From contig CAXXMR010000018.1 of the NCBI GenBank assembly GCA_963663805.2, forward strand, positions 115,645-179,644: a DNA stretch of 64,000 nt, given 5' to 3'. The notes under the pieces were generated by a model. The model saw only the letters and a list, made by a program, of their open reading frames with translations, was not told where the DNA came from and made no database searches. The number at the start of each line of letters is the position of its first letter. The first letter of the stretch is position 1. A program made the translations under genes and the position numbers. Positions 9,263-18,827 of the stretch are shown one piece after another. The DNA is from Sedimentisphaerales bacterium. Lineage in GTDB: Bacteria > Planctomycetota > Phycisphaerae > Sedimentisphaerales > SM23-30.

Positions 9263-10750
9263 GTGCTTACAGTGGAGCATTATGAGATTATCAGACGTAA
9301 AGTTCGTGATGGGATATCGCAACGTGAGGTTGCCCTGGAGCTGGGGCATTCGCGTAACACGGTGGCCAAGGCCCTGAAAAATCCGATTCCGCCGGGCTAT
9401 CGGCTCAGTCAGCCGCGGGTCAAGGCTGTCATGGATCCCTTCGCGCACATTATTGACACCTGGCTGGAATCTGACAAAAAGGTTCGGCGTAAGCAGCGGA
9501 TGCAGGCGACCAAAATGTATCAGCGGCTTTGTGACGAGTATGGTTTCACCGGTCATTACAGCACTGTCCAGCGGTATATCAAGGAAGCGAGTAATCGCCA
9601 AAAAGAAGCTTACCTGCCGTTAGCGTTTGAGTTTGGCGAAGAAGCCCAGGTTGACTGGCATGAAGCTAACATTAAAGAAAACGGCAGGGAGAAGAAGGTC
9701 TACGTTTTTTGCATGAAGCTGTGCTGTTCTAAGGCTCCTTTTGTTTGTGCTTACGAGAGCATGAAGATCGAATGTTTTCTTGACGGCCATGTCCGGGCGT
9801 TTGAATATTTCGGCGGCGTGCCCAAACGCATTGCTTACGACAATTTAAAAACTGCGGTTCTAAAGGTTCTCAAAAAAGGCAAGCGTCGGCTCAACCGCAA
9901 ATTCGTAGAGCTTAAGAGTTGGTATTTGTTTGACACTCGTTTTTGCAATGTCGCTAAAGGTAATGAAAAAGGCGATGTCGAGAATCTCGCCAAGCGAAGT
10001 GAAAGGCAGTTCTTCTCTCCGGTTCCGAGAGTTACCGATATGGCTCAGCTGAATGAGATGCTGATTGCTCAGTGTATCAAAGAACTGGATCGCCAGGGCC
10101 CTGCACCTCATACGAATAAAACCATTGGCGATTTATTTGCGGAAGAGAAAACACATTTATACGAACTGCCTGAGCAGAAGTTTGAAGCCTGTCGTCGAAT
10201 ATCCACCTTTGCGGACAAACAGCTTACAGTACGGGTTGATACTAACCGGTATTGGGTGCCGACGGAGTATGCCTATCAATCTTGCCAGGTCAAGGTATTC
10301 GTTGACCGGGTTGACCTGTTCTATAAAAATGAGCTGGTTGCCTCGCATTCCAGATGTTACGATAAAGACCAGTATATCCTGGATCCGCTGCATTATATCA
10401 AACTTTTAGAGCGTAAGCCCGGTTCGCTGGATAATGCTCGGCCATTCAAGGGCCAGCCCTGGGGCGAAGATTTCACCTTGATGCGAACAGAGCTTGAATA
10501 TCGATACGGCAGTGAAGGGCCCGGTAAATACATCAACATCCTGCTGCTCTTTATCAGGCATCCGCAAAAAGAAGTTGAACATGCCGTTGGTGTTTGTGTC
10601 AAGTGCCGGGCGTTCAGCGATGAAGCGGTGGAAAGCTTTTTACGTAACGGCTCACAATTGAACCTTGCCGGCAATCAAGTCCTGGTAAACCAAGGCGATG
10701 GCAAACGCAATCTCGATGTTTATAACCAGTTGGCCGGGGAGGTAGCATGA
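9263..10750 (+). CDS. istA: IS21 transposase IstA
   Basis: N-terminal HTH, GEEAQVDW, FGGVPKRIAYDNLKTAV, EKGDVE. Confidence 0.95.
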   Translation: MLTVEHYEIIRRKVRDGISQREVALELGHSRNTVAKALKNPIPPGYRLSQPRVKAVMDPFAHIIDTWLESDKKVRRKQRMQATKMYQRLCDEYGFTGHYSTVQRYIKEASNRQKEAYLPLAFEFGEEAQVDWHEANIKENGREKKVYVFCMKLCCSKAPFVCAYESMKIECFLDGHVRAFEYFGGVPKRIAYDNLKTAVLKVLKKGKRRLNRKFVELKSWYLFDTRFCNVAKGNEKGDVENLAKRSERQFFSPVPRVTDMAQLNEMLIAQCIKELDRQGPAPHTNKTIGDLFAEEKTHLYELPEQKFEACRRISTFADKQLTVRVDTNRYWVPTEYAYQSCQVKVFVDRVDLFYKNELVASHSRCYDKDQYILDPLHYIKLLERKPGSLDNARPFKGQPWGEDFTLMRTELEYRYGSEGPGKYINILLLFIRHPQKEVEHAVGVCVKCRAFSDEAVESFLRNGSQLNLAGNQVLVNQGDGKRNLDVYNQLAGEVA

Positions 10751-11511
10751 AAGATCAAATGGTTTTATTAAAAAGCTATCTCAAGACCCTGAAGCTTCCG
10801 ACAATTCAAAAAGAGTATCAGACAATTGCCCGGGCATCCGCCCAGGCAAACGAATCCTATGAAAGTTACCTGCAAAGACTGGCCGAAATCGAAGTCTTTC
10901 ATCGACAGTCGCAGGCCATCGCCAGGAGATTGAAACAGGCAAACTTCCCCATGACTAAGGAACTTGAAAGTTTTGATTTTATGGCCGTGCCGCAGATAAA
11001 TAAAAAACAGATTATCGACCTTTCGATGTGCGGCTTTATCGACCGCCGCAGTAATATCGTCTTTACCGGCCCGCCGGGCGTGGGTAAAAGTCATCTGGCC
11101 ATCGCCCTCGGCCGGGAAGCCTGCCGACGAGGTTATAAAGTGCGGTTCTTTACCGCTGCTGAACTGGTTAATACGTATCTCGAAGCCCGACAGGAAAGAG
11201 CGGTGTTGAAATTAGAGAGCTATATAAAAAAATGCGACCTGATCATCATCGATGAACTGGGCTATGTCCCGTTCGACCGTATCGGAGCGGAACATCTGTT
11301 CGGCTTTTTCAGCCAGTGCTATGAACAAACCAGCCTGATCGTAACAACGAATCTGCCATTCGCCGATTGGCCCCAGGTCTTTGGCGATGATGAAAGATTA
11401 GCCGGTGCTCTGCTGGACCGACTGACCCACCATGTGAGCGTGGTCGAAATCATAACCGACAGCTGGCGACTTAACCAGAGTTTAGAGAAAAAACGGAAAA
11501 AAGAAGGCTAA
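10747..11511 (+). CDS. istB: IS21 helper ATPase IstB
   Basis: Walker A GPPGVGKSH, Walker B IIDELGY, TTNLPF..W, ALLDRLTHH; 4-nt overlap with istA. Confidence 0.95.
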   Translation: MKDQMVLLKSYLKTLKLPTIQKEYQTIARASAQANESYESYLQRLAEIEVFHRQSQAIARRLKQANFPMTKELESFDFMAVPQINKKQIIDLSMCGFIDRRSNIVFTGPPGVGKSHLAIALGREACRRGYKVRFFTAAELVNTYLEARQERAVLKLESYIKKCDLIIIDELGYVPFDRIGAEHLFGFFSQCYEQTSLIVTTNLPFADWPQVFGDDERLAGALLDRLTHHVSVVEIITDSWRLNQSLEKKRKKEG

Positions 11512-11635
11512 GAAAGCCTCAATCCAACGAAAAAGGACCAGAATCCCTATTGACAACGCCGAAATCGGCGTTATTTTACTAACCTAAGTGGCTCAGATTT
11601 CGATGCAAATCTGGCTCCATTTTCAATGCTAATCA

Positions 11636-11934
11636 CCATTAACACTCATAAACGACCCAGCTATATGCTGGGGGATAACTTTGCCCATAGCTGTTTCTAA
11701 AATAAGTTTGGAGGCACCGTAAGTTTCTCTGTAAAATCTATCCAGCAGATTGGAAGACAGTTTTTCCTTGGTATAGGCCGTTTCTGCTCGGGAAATCGCG
11801 TTGTGCAGAGTTATGACCAGGCAATCGGAATGACTATCCACCACGATTGATTCTGGCTTGATCGACATATGTTCCGCAAAGAATTTCGTCGCTACTTCAA
11901 TGACTTGCTGCTTGAGTTTTTCTTCACCATCCAT
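11636..11934 (-). pseudogene. MpsC/DUF2294-like protein, 3'-truncated by IS21
   Basis: GGAG RBS then MDGEEKLKQQVIEVATKFF..KPESIVV..LVITLHNAISRAE, resembling the 12886 protein; runs into the IS21 right end. Confidence 0.65.
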
Positions 11935-11992
11935 TGCATATCTCCACGCAAAATCGAATCCATATAATTTCTGTTCACTGTTTTCGGCACAG

Positions 11993-12239
11993 TTATCTTT
12001 GTTTATATATCTCTTCAGCATAATCAACAGGCAAACGGTAACGCAGTAGGCATCCAACACCACCAAGTTGCATCAAATCTTCACTTTTTTTAACCATTTC
12101 GACCGAACAGCCGTGCTGTTCGGCTAGGTTCCTTGATGTGTCCCTCCTCAAGAAGCAGGTAACAACTGATGATGTGAGAATCAGTCTCGGGCAAGGTTGC
12201 CAGTGTCCGGACGTGTTTTTTAAGGTTCTTTAGTTCCAT
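11993..12239 (-). pseudogene. Internally deleted eRF1/aeRF1-like (baeRF / host-attachment-type) gene
   Basis: N-terminal piece MELKNLKKHVRTLATLPETDSHIISCYL joined out of frame to C-terminal piece LAEQHGCSVEMV..LMQLGGVGCLLRYR (eRF1 domain-3 GGxGxLLRY motif). Confidence 0.6.
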
Positions 12240-12413
12240 TATTTTTTTGTCACCTATGAATAAATGGGTATATATTTTGGGCGGGCCTTATGACCGGCGA
12301 ATTCACTATTGAGTTAATCTGTTCTGCCATTTTTATTTACTCCAGTAATTAGGAGTTTGATGGCGAGTCTCCTAGATCAAAGAACGAAAATAATATTCTT
12401 AACCCAGAATCAG

Positions 12414-12489
12414 CAAAAAAGGCCGGCCCATTCCCAAAAGGATATTTGCCAGCCTATACCTTACTCGGTCATCCCAGATGGACCACCTG
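12414..12489 (-). ncRNA. Candidate cis-regulatory RNA / riboswitch-terminator B
   Basis: Hairpin GGUCCAUC-UGG-GAUGACC, linker GAGUAAGG, stem AGGCUGGC...GCCGGCCU then U6; lies in the leader of cation-linked genes. Confidence 0.45.
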
Positions 12490-12514
12490 TAACATATGTG
12501 TTCCCTGTTCAGGC

Positions 12515-12597
12515 AAAAGAAAAAGCCGGCAACAGTTTAGTATTAGCTTCACTGTCAACCGGCTTATTTTTCAGCAGGTAGCGTCACATTACCCTCT
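12515..12597 (-). ncRNA. Candidate cis-regulatory RNA / riboswitch-terminator A
   Basis: Hairpin GGUA-AUGUGACGC-UACC, then AAGCCGGUUGACAG...CUGUUGCCGGCUU followed by a U tract; TTGACA upstream at 12659-12654. Confidence 0.45.
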
Positions 12598-12885
12598 GTC
12601 AAATCCGCCTATTTGTATTTATCTTATGTCATTATTATCACATTTTTCAATTATGTCAAACGTTTTTTCGACAACCTTCAACATTTTGGGTTTTCGAACA
12701 GGATCAATCCCAAGGTGTAAAGTGGCGAATAGGCTCCATCGTAATCGTTTGACGATCGGGATAGGTCACGATACACTATTGTCCAGTGTGTTATTGGAAA
12801 AGTTGCTTAACCGACCAAACTGGGAGTTCGCTGGCTTCTTTGCAAAGCAAGCCTTAGAAGCCTGGTAGAACTGTAAGGCATTTAT

Positions 12886-13278
12886 ATGAAAGGATTTGCA
12901 AAAACAAAAGGGCAGGTCGAGGCCGACATAAGCGAGGCCATTATCAAGTTCGAGAAGGAATACATGGGACGTGGCCCCGAGGAAACCAAGGCACATATCA
13001 TTGGCGATATGGTTCTGGTTCGGTTACGTGGAGTACTGACACCGGCAGAAAAGCAGTTGGCCAGCACTAACGAATACCACAAGGGCAAGGCCCTGATAAA
13101 ACAAGTCCGCCAGGAGCTGCTTGAAAAGGCCCGGATGTTGTTGGAGACAATCATCCAGGACATTACGGGTGAGAATGTAATAAGTCTGCATACGGACATC
13201 AGCACAATTACCGGAGAGCGGGTCATTATATTCATTCTCCGGAATTCTCCACTGGGCGATGAAGATGAGGATGAATAA
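12886..13278 (+). CDS. Na+-translocating-system MpsC family protein (DUF2294)
   Basis: TKGQVEADISEAIIKFEKEYMGRGP, GVLTPAEKQL, SLHTDISTITGERVIIF. Confidence 0.9.
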   Translation: MKGFAKTKGQVEADISEAIIKFEKEYMGRGPEETKAHIIGDMVLVRLRGVLTPAEKQLASTNEYHKGKALIKQVRQELLEKARMLLETIIQDITGENVISLHTDISTITGERVIIFILRNSPLGDEDEDE

Positions 13279-13585
13279 AGAAACAGAGGTAATTTGTCAG
13301 GGATTTTGTTAGAAATCGAAGTTGTGGTTTCCAAATATTCAGGGGAACCTTCAATGTGTGACGACATGACCCAAAACGGAATAATAATATCGCCAAAGTG
13401 GAAAATAGTCCCAAAAACTATTTTTTTTGATCTAAAAACGTAAAAAAAAGAATTTTTTGCGAAAAAACTTGTGTTTTTTGGAACAATCGGGCATTTTTGC
13501 GCTGAAAATAAGACTTTTTTCAGCGTGATAACTTGCTGTAAATTCGCGAAATGAAGATTAAAATATCATAAATAAAAGGCCTAAA

Positions 13586-14449
13586 ATGACTGACAAAAAA
13601 CATCAGGACAAAATCGAATTCGTACGAATCGTCGGTGACGAAAGGCGAGCCGCTGAAACTCTCGCCGGAGTCTCAAAACACTGGCAGGGTGATAAGGAAC
13701 GATTCCTGCTCATAAGTCCCCATGACGACGACGTCGCCTTGGGCGCCGGACTCTTCATCCAGCTAGCCCTGCGCGAGAACGTCCCCGTCTACATCATGAT
13801 CGTAACTGATGGTTCTATGGGATATTGCAGCAAAGAGCAGAAAGACCGTATTTCTGATATTCGCCGCGAAGAAGCCTACGAATGCTATATGTCTATGGGA
13901 GTACCCAAAGAAAACATCATCTGGCTCGGTTTCCCGGACTGTCGCCTGAACTACTATCGCGGAAGGAGAATTTCAGACTCTAATGACCTAACTAAAATAG
14001 AAGGTTATATAGGCCTCCAAAACTCCTTTACCCACTGGATACGAAAAACCGCCCCCACCCAGTGCTTCCTCCCCACCTCCAGCGACCTGCACCCCGACCA
14101 CAAAATCGTCCACGAAGAATTTCTAATCAGCCTTTTCCACGCCGCCGGCGACATCTGGCCCGAATTGGGTACGCCTATTGAAAAAGTTCCGTTTGTCCAT
14201 GAACTAGCAGTGTATTGCGACTTCCCACAGCCCCCCAAGGTCAGAATCCAGACCAAACAGGAGCATCTTGAGAAAAAATTACAGGCCATCGCCTCCTACA
14301 AATCCCAAAAACAAATCGGTTCGCTCATCGAAATTGTCCGCAAATCCGGCCCCTACGAATACCTCCGGGAACTTAACTTCAAACTCTACCAGCCGGCCCT
14401 TTACTACGATTCCTTCGAGAAAAAACACCACATACCGTTCATCAGATAG
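13586..14449 (+). CDS. PIG-L family deacetylase
   Basis: SPHDDD, TDGSMG, R..EA, DLHPDH, KKLQAIASYKSQ. Confidence 0.9.
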   Translation: MTDKKHQDKIEFVRIVGDERRAAETLAGVSKHWQGDKERFLLISPHDDDVALGAGLFIQLALRENVPVYIMIVTDGSMGYCSKEQKDRISDIRREEAYECYMSMGVPKENIIWLGFPDCRLNYYRGRRISDSNDLTKIEGYIGLQNSFTHWIRKTAPTQCFLPTSSDLHPDHKIVHEEFLISLFHAAGDIWPELGTPIEKVPFVHELAVYCDFPQPPKVRIQTKQEHLEKKLQAIASYKSQKQIGSLIEIVRKSGPYEYLRELNFKLYQPALYYDSFEKKHHIPFIR

Positions 14450-14457
14450 GTTTAACT

Positions 14458-15207
14458 ATGGCTTGTCGTATACTTTATTTGGGGGATACTGCGCTAAATC
14501 AGCAGGCCTGTTACCTGGCTGGAATCATGAGTCATTGCGGGCATAATTTTGACTATCTAAGGTCTGATCAAACTTTCGATAGTTCGCTTCTTGACAATGA
14601 TTACGACCTGGTAATTATTAGTGATTATCCTGCCGCAAATTTTGCCGCTGAACAACTGGAAACAATCACTCAGAAGGTCAGGGCCGGGACAAGCATCCTG
14701 ATGATTGGCGGCTGGGAGTCGTTTGTCGGGCTTTCGGGAGGGTATAACGAAACCTGCTTAACGGAAGTATTGCCGGTTATTATGAAGGATTCGGATGACA
14801 GGCTTAATCTTTTCAGCCCCTGTTTAGCTGTTAAAGAGCGGGAACATGAGGTTCTCGGTGATTTGCCCTTTGACAGTCATACACCGGCTATTGGCGGGCT
14901 TTGCCATCTTGAGGCTAAACCCGGAGCGGAAGTGATTCTGTCGGCTCTGGAGCATAAAGTTTCGCGTAATGGTGATTCGTTTAGGTTTAATGCGTCAACG
15001 AAACATCCGCTACTGGTTATGGGCAGTTACGGTAAGGGTTGGACGGCAGCGTTTGCGTCTGATGTGGCGCCTCATTGGGTGGGGCCGTTCGTGGACTGGG
15101 GCGATAAGCGAATTAATGCCCAGGCACCCAACGCCGAGGCAGTTGAGGTGGGCAGTTGGTATGTTCAATTCTTCTCGAATCTAATCCACTGGCTTTGCGG
15201 CAATTAA
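14458..15207 (+). CDS. Glutamine-amidotransferase-like protein (DUF1355 type)
   Basis: YDLVIISD, LMIGGWESF, EVLPV, PLLV.G.YGKG..AAFASDVAPHW. Confidence 0.8.
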   Translation: MACRILYLGDTALNQQACYLAGIMSHCGHNFDYLRSDQTFDSSLLDNDYDLVIISDYPAANFAAEQLETITQKVRAGTSILMIGGWESFVGLSGGYNETCLTEVLPVIMKDSDDRLNLFSPCLAVKEREHEVLGDLPFDSHTPAIGGLCHLEAKPGAEVILSALEHKVSRNGDSFRFNASTKHPLLVMGSYGKGWTAAFASDVAPHWVGPFVDWGDKRINAQAPNAEAVEVGSWYVQFFSNLIHWLCGN

Positions 15208-15257
15208 CGCTCCTGATTACGATAGCGTAACCCATTCTGGGCGATTATAATGCTCTG

Positions 15258-17591
15258 ATGAGAGATTATTATCGACAGGGCAACTTATTTGGGATAAACG
15301 ATACGCCCAGAGTCCCTACTGGGCGGGCGGTGTCGGCGGAGGGGTTGCGGATTGTACGGCTGGCGTTTGATTCGGGGGTTGACACGGTTTTTGACTATGG
15401 GGTTCCGCCGGAGGTTAATGAGGATATTCGGCCGGGCATGAGAGTGGTTGCACCTTTTGGGCGGGGTAATCGCGAAAAAATCGGGTTCTGCGTCGAACTG
15501 TCCCCAAAAAGTGATTTCGTCAAAGTTAAATTAATCAGCCGGGTGGTCGATTCTCAGCCTCTGGTAGATAGGGACCATCTGGAATTAGCCCGCTGGATTA
15601 GCCAATATTATTGCTGCCCTTTGGGAATGGTGCTGGCGGCAATGGTGCCGGCCGCGGTTAAAAAGCAGGTGGGTATGGTTCGGCGAATCTACATTCGGCT
15701 GAGCGAGCAGGTCAAAAACGGTGATGAGGCGGGTCTGGCTGATTTGCGATTGAGCGCGGCAGGTCGAAAAATCGTGGACTATTTACGCGAGCATGGCGGG
15801 ACAGCTCAGGATGAAATCGCGGCAGCTGTAGCCTGCGGAGCCGGACCTTTCAAGACCCTGGCAAAATCCGGAGTGATTGAACTGGAAGCCCGCGAGGAAC
15901 TGCCCGGCCTGGAAGAACTCGAAGCGGTGCTGCCCAAAGAAGAAATCCCGGTACAGCTGAACCCCGCCCAAAAGCGGGTGTTCGAGGACCTGGAAGAAAC
16001 ACTCGCCGAAGATAAATTTAACGTAGCGGTGCTGCACGGCGTAACCGGCAGCGGCAAGACCGAAATTTATATCCGGGCTATCGAACATATCATCGCCCAA
16101 GGCAAACAAACGATGGTACTGGTACCGGAGATTTCGCTTACACCTCAGACGATGAGCCGCTTTCTGGCACGCTTCAAACGCGTAGCAGTGCTGCATTCTC
16201 AGCTTAACTCTACCCGGCGGCATCAGCAATGGAAGTTAATCGCCCAGGGCAAGGCTGATGTGGTGGTCGGGGCCCGTTCAGCGATTTTCGCACCGCTTAG
16301 CAATCCGGGTTTGATAGTTGTTGATGAGGAGCATGAGCCCAGTTACAAGCAGGATAGCGCCCCGCGCTATAACGGGCGGGACGTGGCAATCAAACTTGCG
16401 CACATGAAAGATATTCCGATAATTCTGGGCTCAGCGACACCCAGTCTGGAGACATATCACAACTGCACCAACCGGGGACATTATAAACTGCTGGCCCTCA
16501 AACATCGGGTAAAAGACTTGCCTCTGCCGCCGGTAACTCTGATTGACATGAAGGAAGAAGCCCGCGAACGCAAGGGCAGGCATCTTTTAAGCCGGGCGTT
16601 AGAGGATGAGCTTAAATCGTGTCTGAACAAGGGCAAGCAGGCGATTTTGCTTTTGAACCGGCGGGGGCATTCCAATTTCATCTACTGTAATTCGTGCCAG
16701 TACATTTTTTCCTGCCCGAATTGCGATGTGAGCCTGACCTACCATCGCCGCAAACAAACCAGCGGCACACATCGCGGCTGGGTAATGTGCCATTATTGCC
16801 TGCATAGCTGCGAAGTGCCGGAAATGTGTCCGGTATGCAAAAGCAAAATGGCGTTAATTGGACCCGGCACCCAAAAAGCCGAAGATGAGATACTCCAGAA
16901 GTTCCCGGACTTAGCACTAAGACGGGTTGACAGCGACTCGATGAAGCCGGGCGATTATGAACAAGTGTTAAAACAGTTCGGCAGCGGTGAAATCAAAGTC
17001 ATGCTCGGTACGCAGATGATAGGCAAGGGGCTTGATTTTCCCAATGTTGCCTTGGTAGGTGTACTAAACGCGGATGGGGCACTTTCCTTGCCGGACTTTC
17101 GCAGTGCCGAACGGACATTTCAACTGGTCGCTCAGGTGGCGGGTCGCTGCGGCCGGGCGGAAGACACCGGTAGAGTAATCGTCCAAAGTTATCTGCCGGA
17201 AGAACCGAGCGTAAAACTGGCCTGCGATCATGATTTTGAGACTTTCGCAACGGCGGAGCTGCTTCATCGCCAGCGCTGTCAGATGCCCCCCTACTGTCGG
17301 CTGGCCCGCCTGATATTGCGGGACACCAAACTGGAAAAACTCGAAGAAGCCGCCCAGGTTCTACGCAAAAATATCGACGGAATTTGTCAAACTCAGCAAT
17401 TGCCGCTAAAGATACGCGGGCCAGTCCCCGCCGGCATCGCCAGGATAGAAAATTATCATCGCCAGCAGATTCTCATTCAAGCCCCCGCCGCTGAACCTAT
17501 CCAGAAGCTCCTGACGCATCTCAGGCGAGATTATCTGGGCAAGGTTACAATACATGTCGCGGTAGATGTGGACCCGCTAAATCTGATGTAG
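15258..17591 (+). CDS. priA: Primosomal protein N' (replication restart helicase)
   Basis: GVTGSGKTE, VPEISLTPQ, DEEHE, Cys-rich zinc region, GTQMIGKGLDFP, C-terminal DVDP. Confidence 0.97.
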   Translation: MRDYYRQGNLFGINDTPRVPTGRAVSAEGLRIVRLAFDSGVDTVFDYGVPPEVNEDIRPGMRVVAPFGRGNREKIGFCVELSPKSDFVKVKLISRVVDSQPLVDRDHLELARWISQYYCCPLGMVLAAMVPAAVKKQVGMVRRIYIRLSEQVKNGDEAGLADLRLSAAGRKIVDYLREHGGTAQDEIAAAVACGAGPFKTLAKSGVIELEAREELPGLEELEAVLPKEEIPVQLNPAQKRVFEDLEETLAEDKFNVAVLHGVTGSGKTEIYIRAIEHIIAQGKQTMVLVPEISLTPQTMSRFLARFKRVAVLHSQLNSTRRHQQWKLIAQGKADVVVGARSAIFAPLSNPGLIVVDEEHEPSYKQDSAPRYNGRDVAIKLAHMKDIPIILGSATPSLETYHNCTNRGHYKLLALKHRVKDLPLPPVTLIDMKEEARERKGRHLLSRALEDELKSCLNKGKQAILLLNRRGHSNFIYCNSCQYIFSCPNCDVSLTYHRRKQTSGTHRGWVMCHYCLHSCEVPEMCPVCKSKMALIGPGTQKAEDEILQKFPDLALRRVDSDSMKPGDYEQVLKQFGSGEIKVMLGTQMIGKGLDFPNVALVGVLNADGALSLPDFRSAERTFQLVAQVAGRCGRAEDTGRVIVQSYLPEEPSVKLACDHDFETFATAELLHRQRCQMPPYCRLARLILRDTKLEKLEEAAQVLRKNIDGICQTQQLPLKIRGPVPAGIARIENYHRQQILIQAPAAEPIQKLLTHLRRDYLGKVTIHVAVDVDPLNLM

Positions 17592-17762
17592 CTCGAAAAA
17601 CTCGAAAAGTTTAGACTCTGTAGCATCTTTACCGGCAACATAGCATTCCAGTCCTTTCTTCATGAAGTGTTGTTATAGTTCGTAAACGGCGTCCCGTACC
17701 ATTGAAAACCAAGCCCAAACCGCCAGTTTGACAGCCCGACACATGATTATAGAGTAGTGAAC

Positions 17763-18793
17763 TGTGTTTGCGGAAAAAACCTTGTTCTTGTTTCTGATGT
17801 CAAAAGGTGGTTTTTCAGCGACGTTCCAAAAGTCATCCACCGTCGATCATGGCCCCAATAGTATGGTTTTGGTGGGTGTTTGGCAAGTAAATATTGCCCA
17901 GAATTTCATCTGAGATATAATGCTCCCATGATACGAAAAACATATACATATTTCACGGCTCTGATAGCCGGGCTTAGCGATAAGGCGGTTCGGGATGCTC
18001 TACTCAAGCAGCAGCAATCGCTGGACTATTGCCAGGAGGAAGTTCGGATACTTCGGGAAATCCTTCGGGACAAGTATGACTGCAAGCGTCTGCTTCTTAA
18101 CGATTCACAAAAACGCAGACTGGCGGTTAAGGCTAAGCCATTGGGCAAGCATGTCCTGGAGAAGATCACGCAAGCATTCCAGCCGGACACGCTTATCAGT
18201 TGGTATCGTGATCTCGTCGCAAAAAAATACGACAGTTCCAGTAGTAGCCGCCGTAAGTCCGGCCGGCCCCGGGTATCACAGGAAATTATCGAACAAGTAC
18301 TTCGCATGGCCAAAGCCAATCCTTCCTGGGGCTATGATCGTATCAAAGGCGCCTTAGCCCACGTTGGCCTGGAGGTGGGTCGGACAACTATCAAACGTAT
18401 TCTGGATGATCATGGCATTGTCCCTGATCCGGAGCAAAAACGACGTGTGCAATGGAAAGAGTTTCTGAGTTCGCACATGCATGTCATGGCGGCCACGGAT
18501 TTCTTTTGCTCTGAAGTGATGACAAAATTCGGCCTGGTTCATTATATGGTACTTTTTGTGATTGATATCTCTACTCGCAGAGTTGAAATTGCAGGCATAT
18601 CGGCAAATCCTGGCGGCCAATGGATGAAACAAATAGGCCGAAATCTTACCGATTGCTTTGATGGCTTCCTTAACGGGAAGCGTTACTTGATTCACGATCG
18701 TGATTCGCTGTTTACCAAAGATTTTAAGGAAATCCTGAAATCTATCGACGTGGCTACAATCAAGCTTCCCCCCTTCTCACCAAATTTGAACGA
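17763..18793 (+). mobile_element. Truncated IS with rve integrase-core transposase (IS481/IS3-like)
   Basis: Probable left end TGTGTTTGCGGAAAA at 17763; transposase homology ends at PNLN where the recombinase element abuts. Confidence 0.6.
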
Positions 18794-18827
18794 GTACTAT
18801 TCAGACTACACCCCATTGGTTGCGTGA
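17928..18827 (+). pseudogene. Integrase core domain transposase, C-terminally truncated
   Basis: GRPR, NPSWGYDRI.G.L, ATDFF, LIHDRDS.FT, PPFSPNLN; the following ER-containing catalytic helix is absent. Confidence 0.8.

Larger units (their letters stand above)
9130..11635 (+). mobile_element. IS21-family insertion sequence
   Basis: Perfect 31-bp TG...CA inverted repeat TGATTAGCATTGAAAATGGAGCCAGATTTGC; internal repeated sites; istA-istB; no TSD. Confidence 0.95.
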
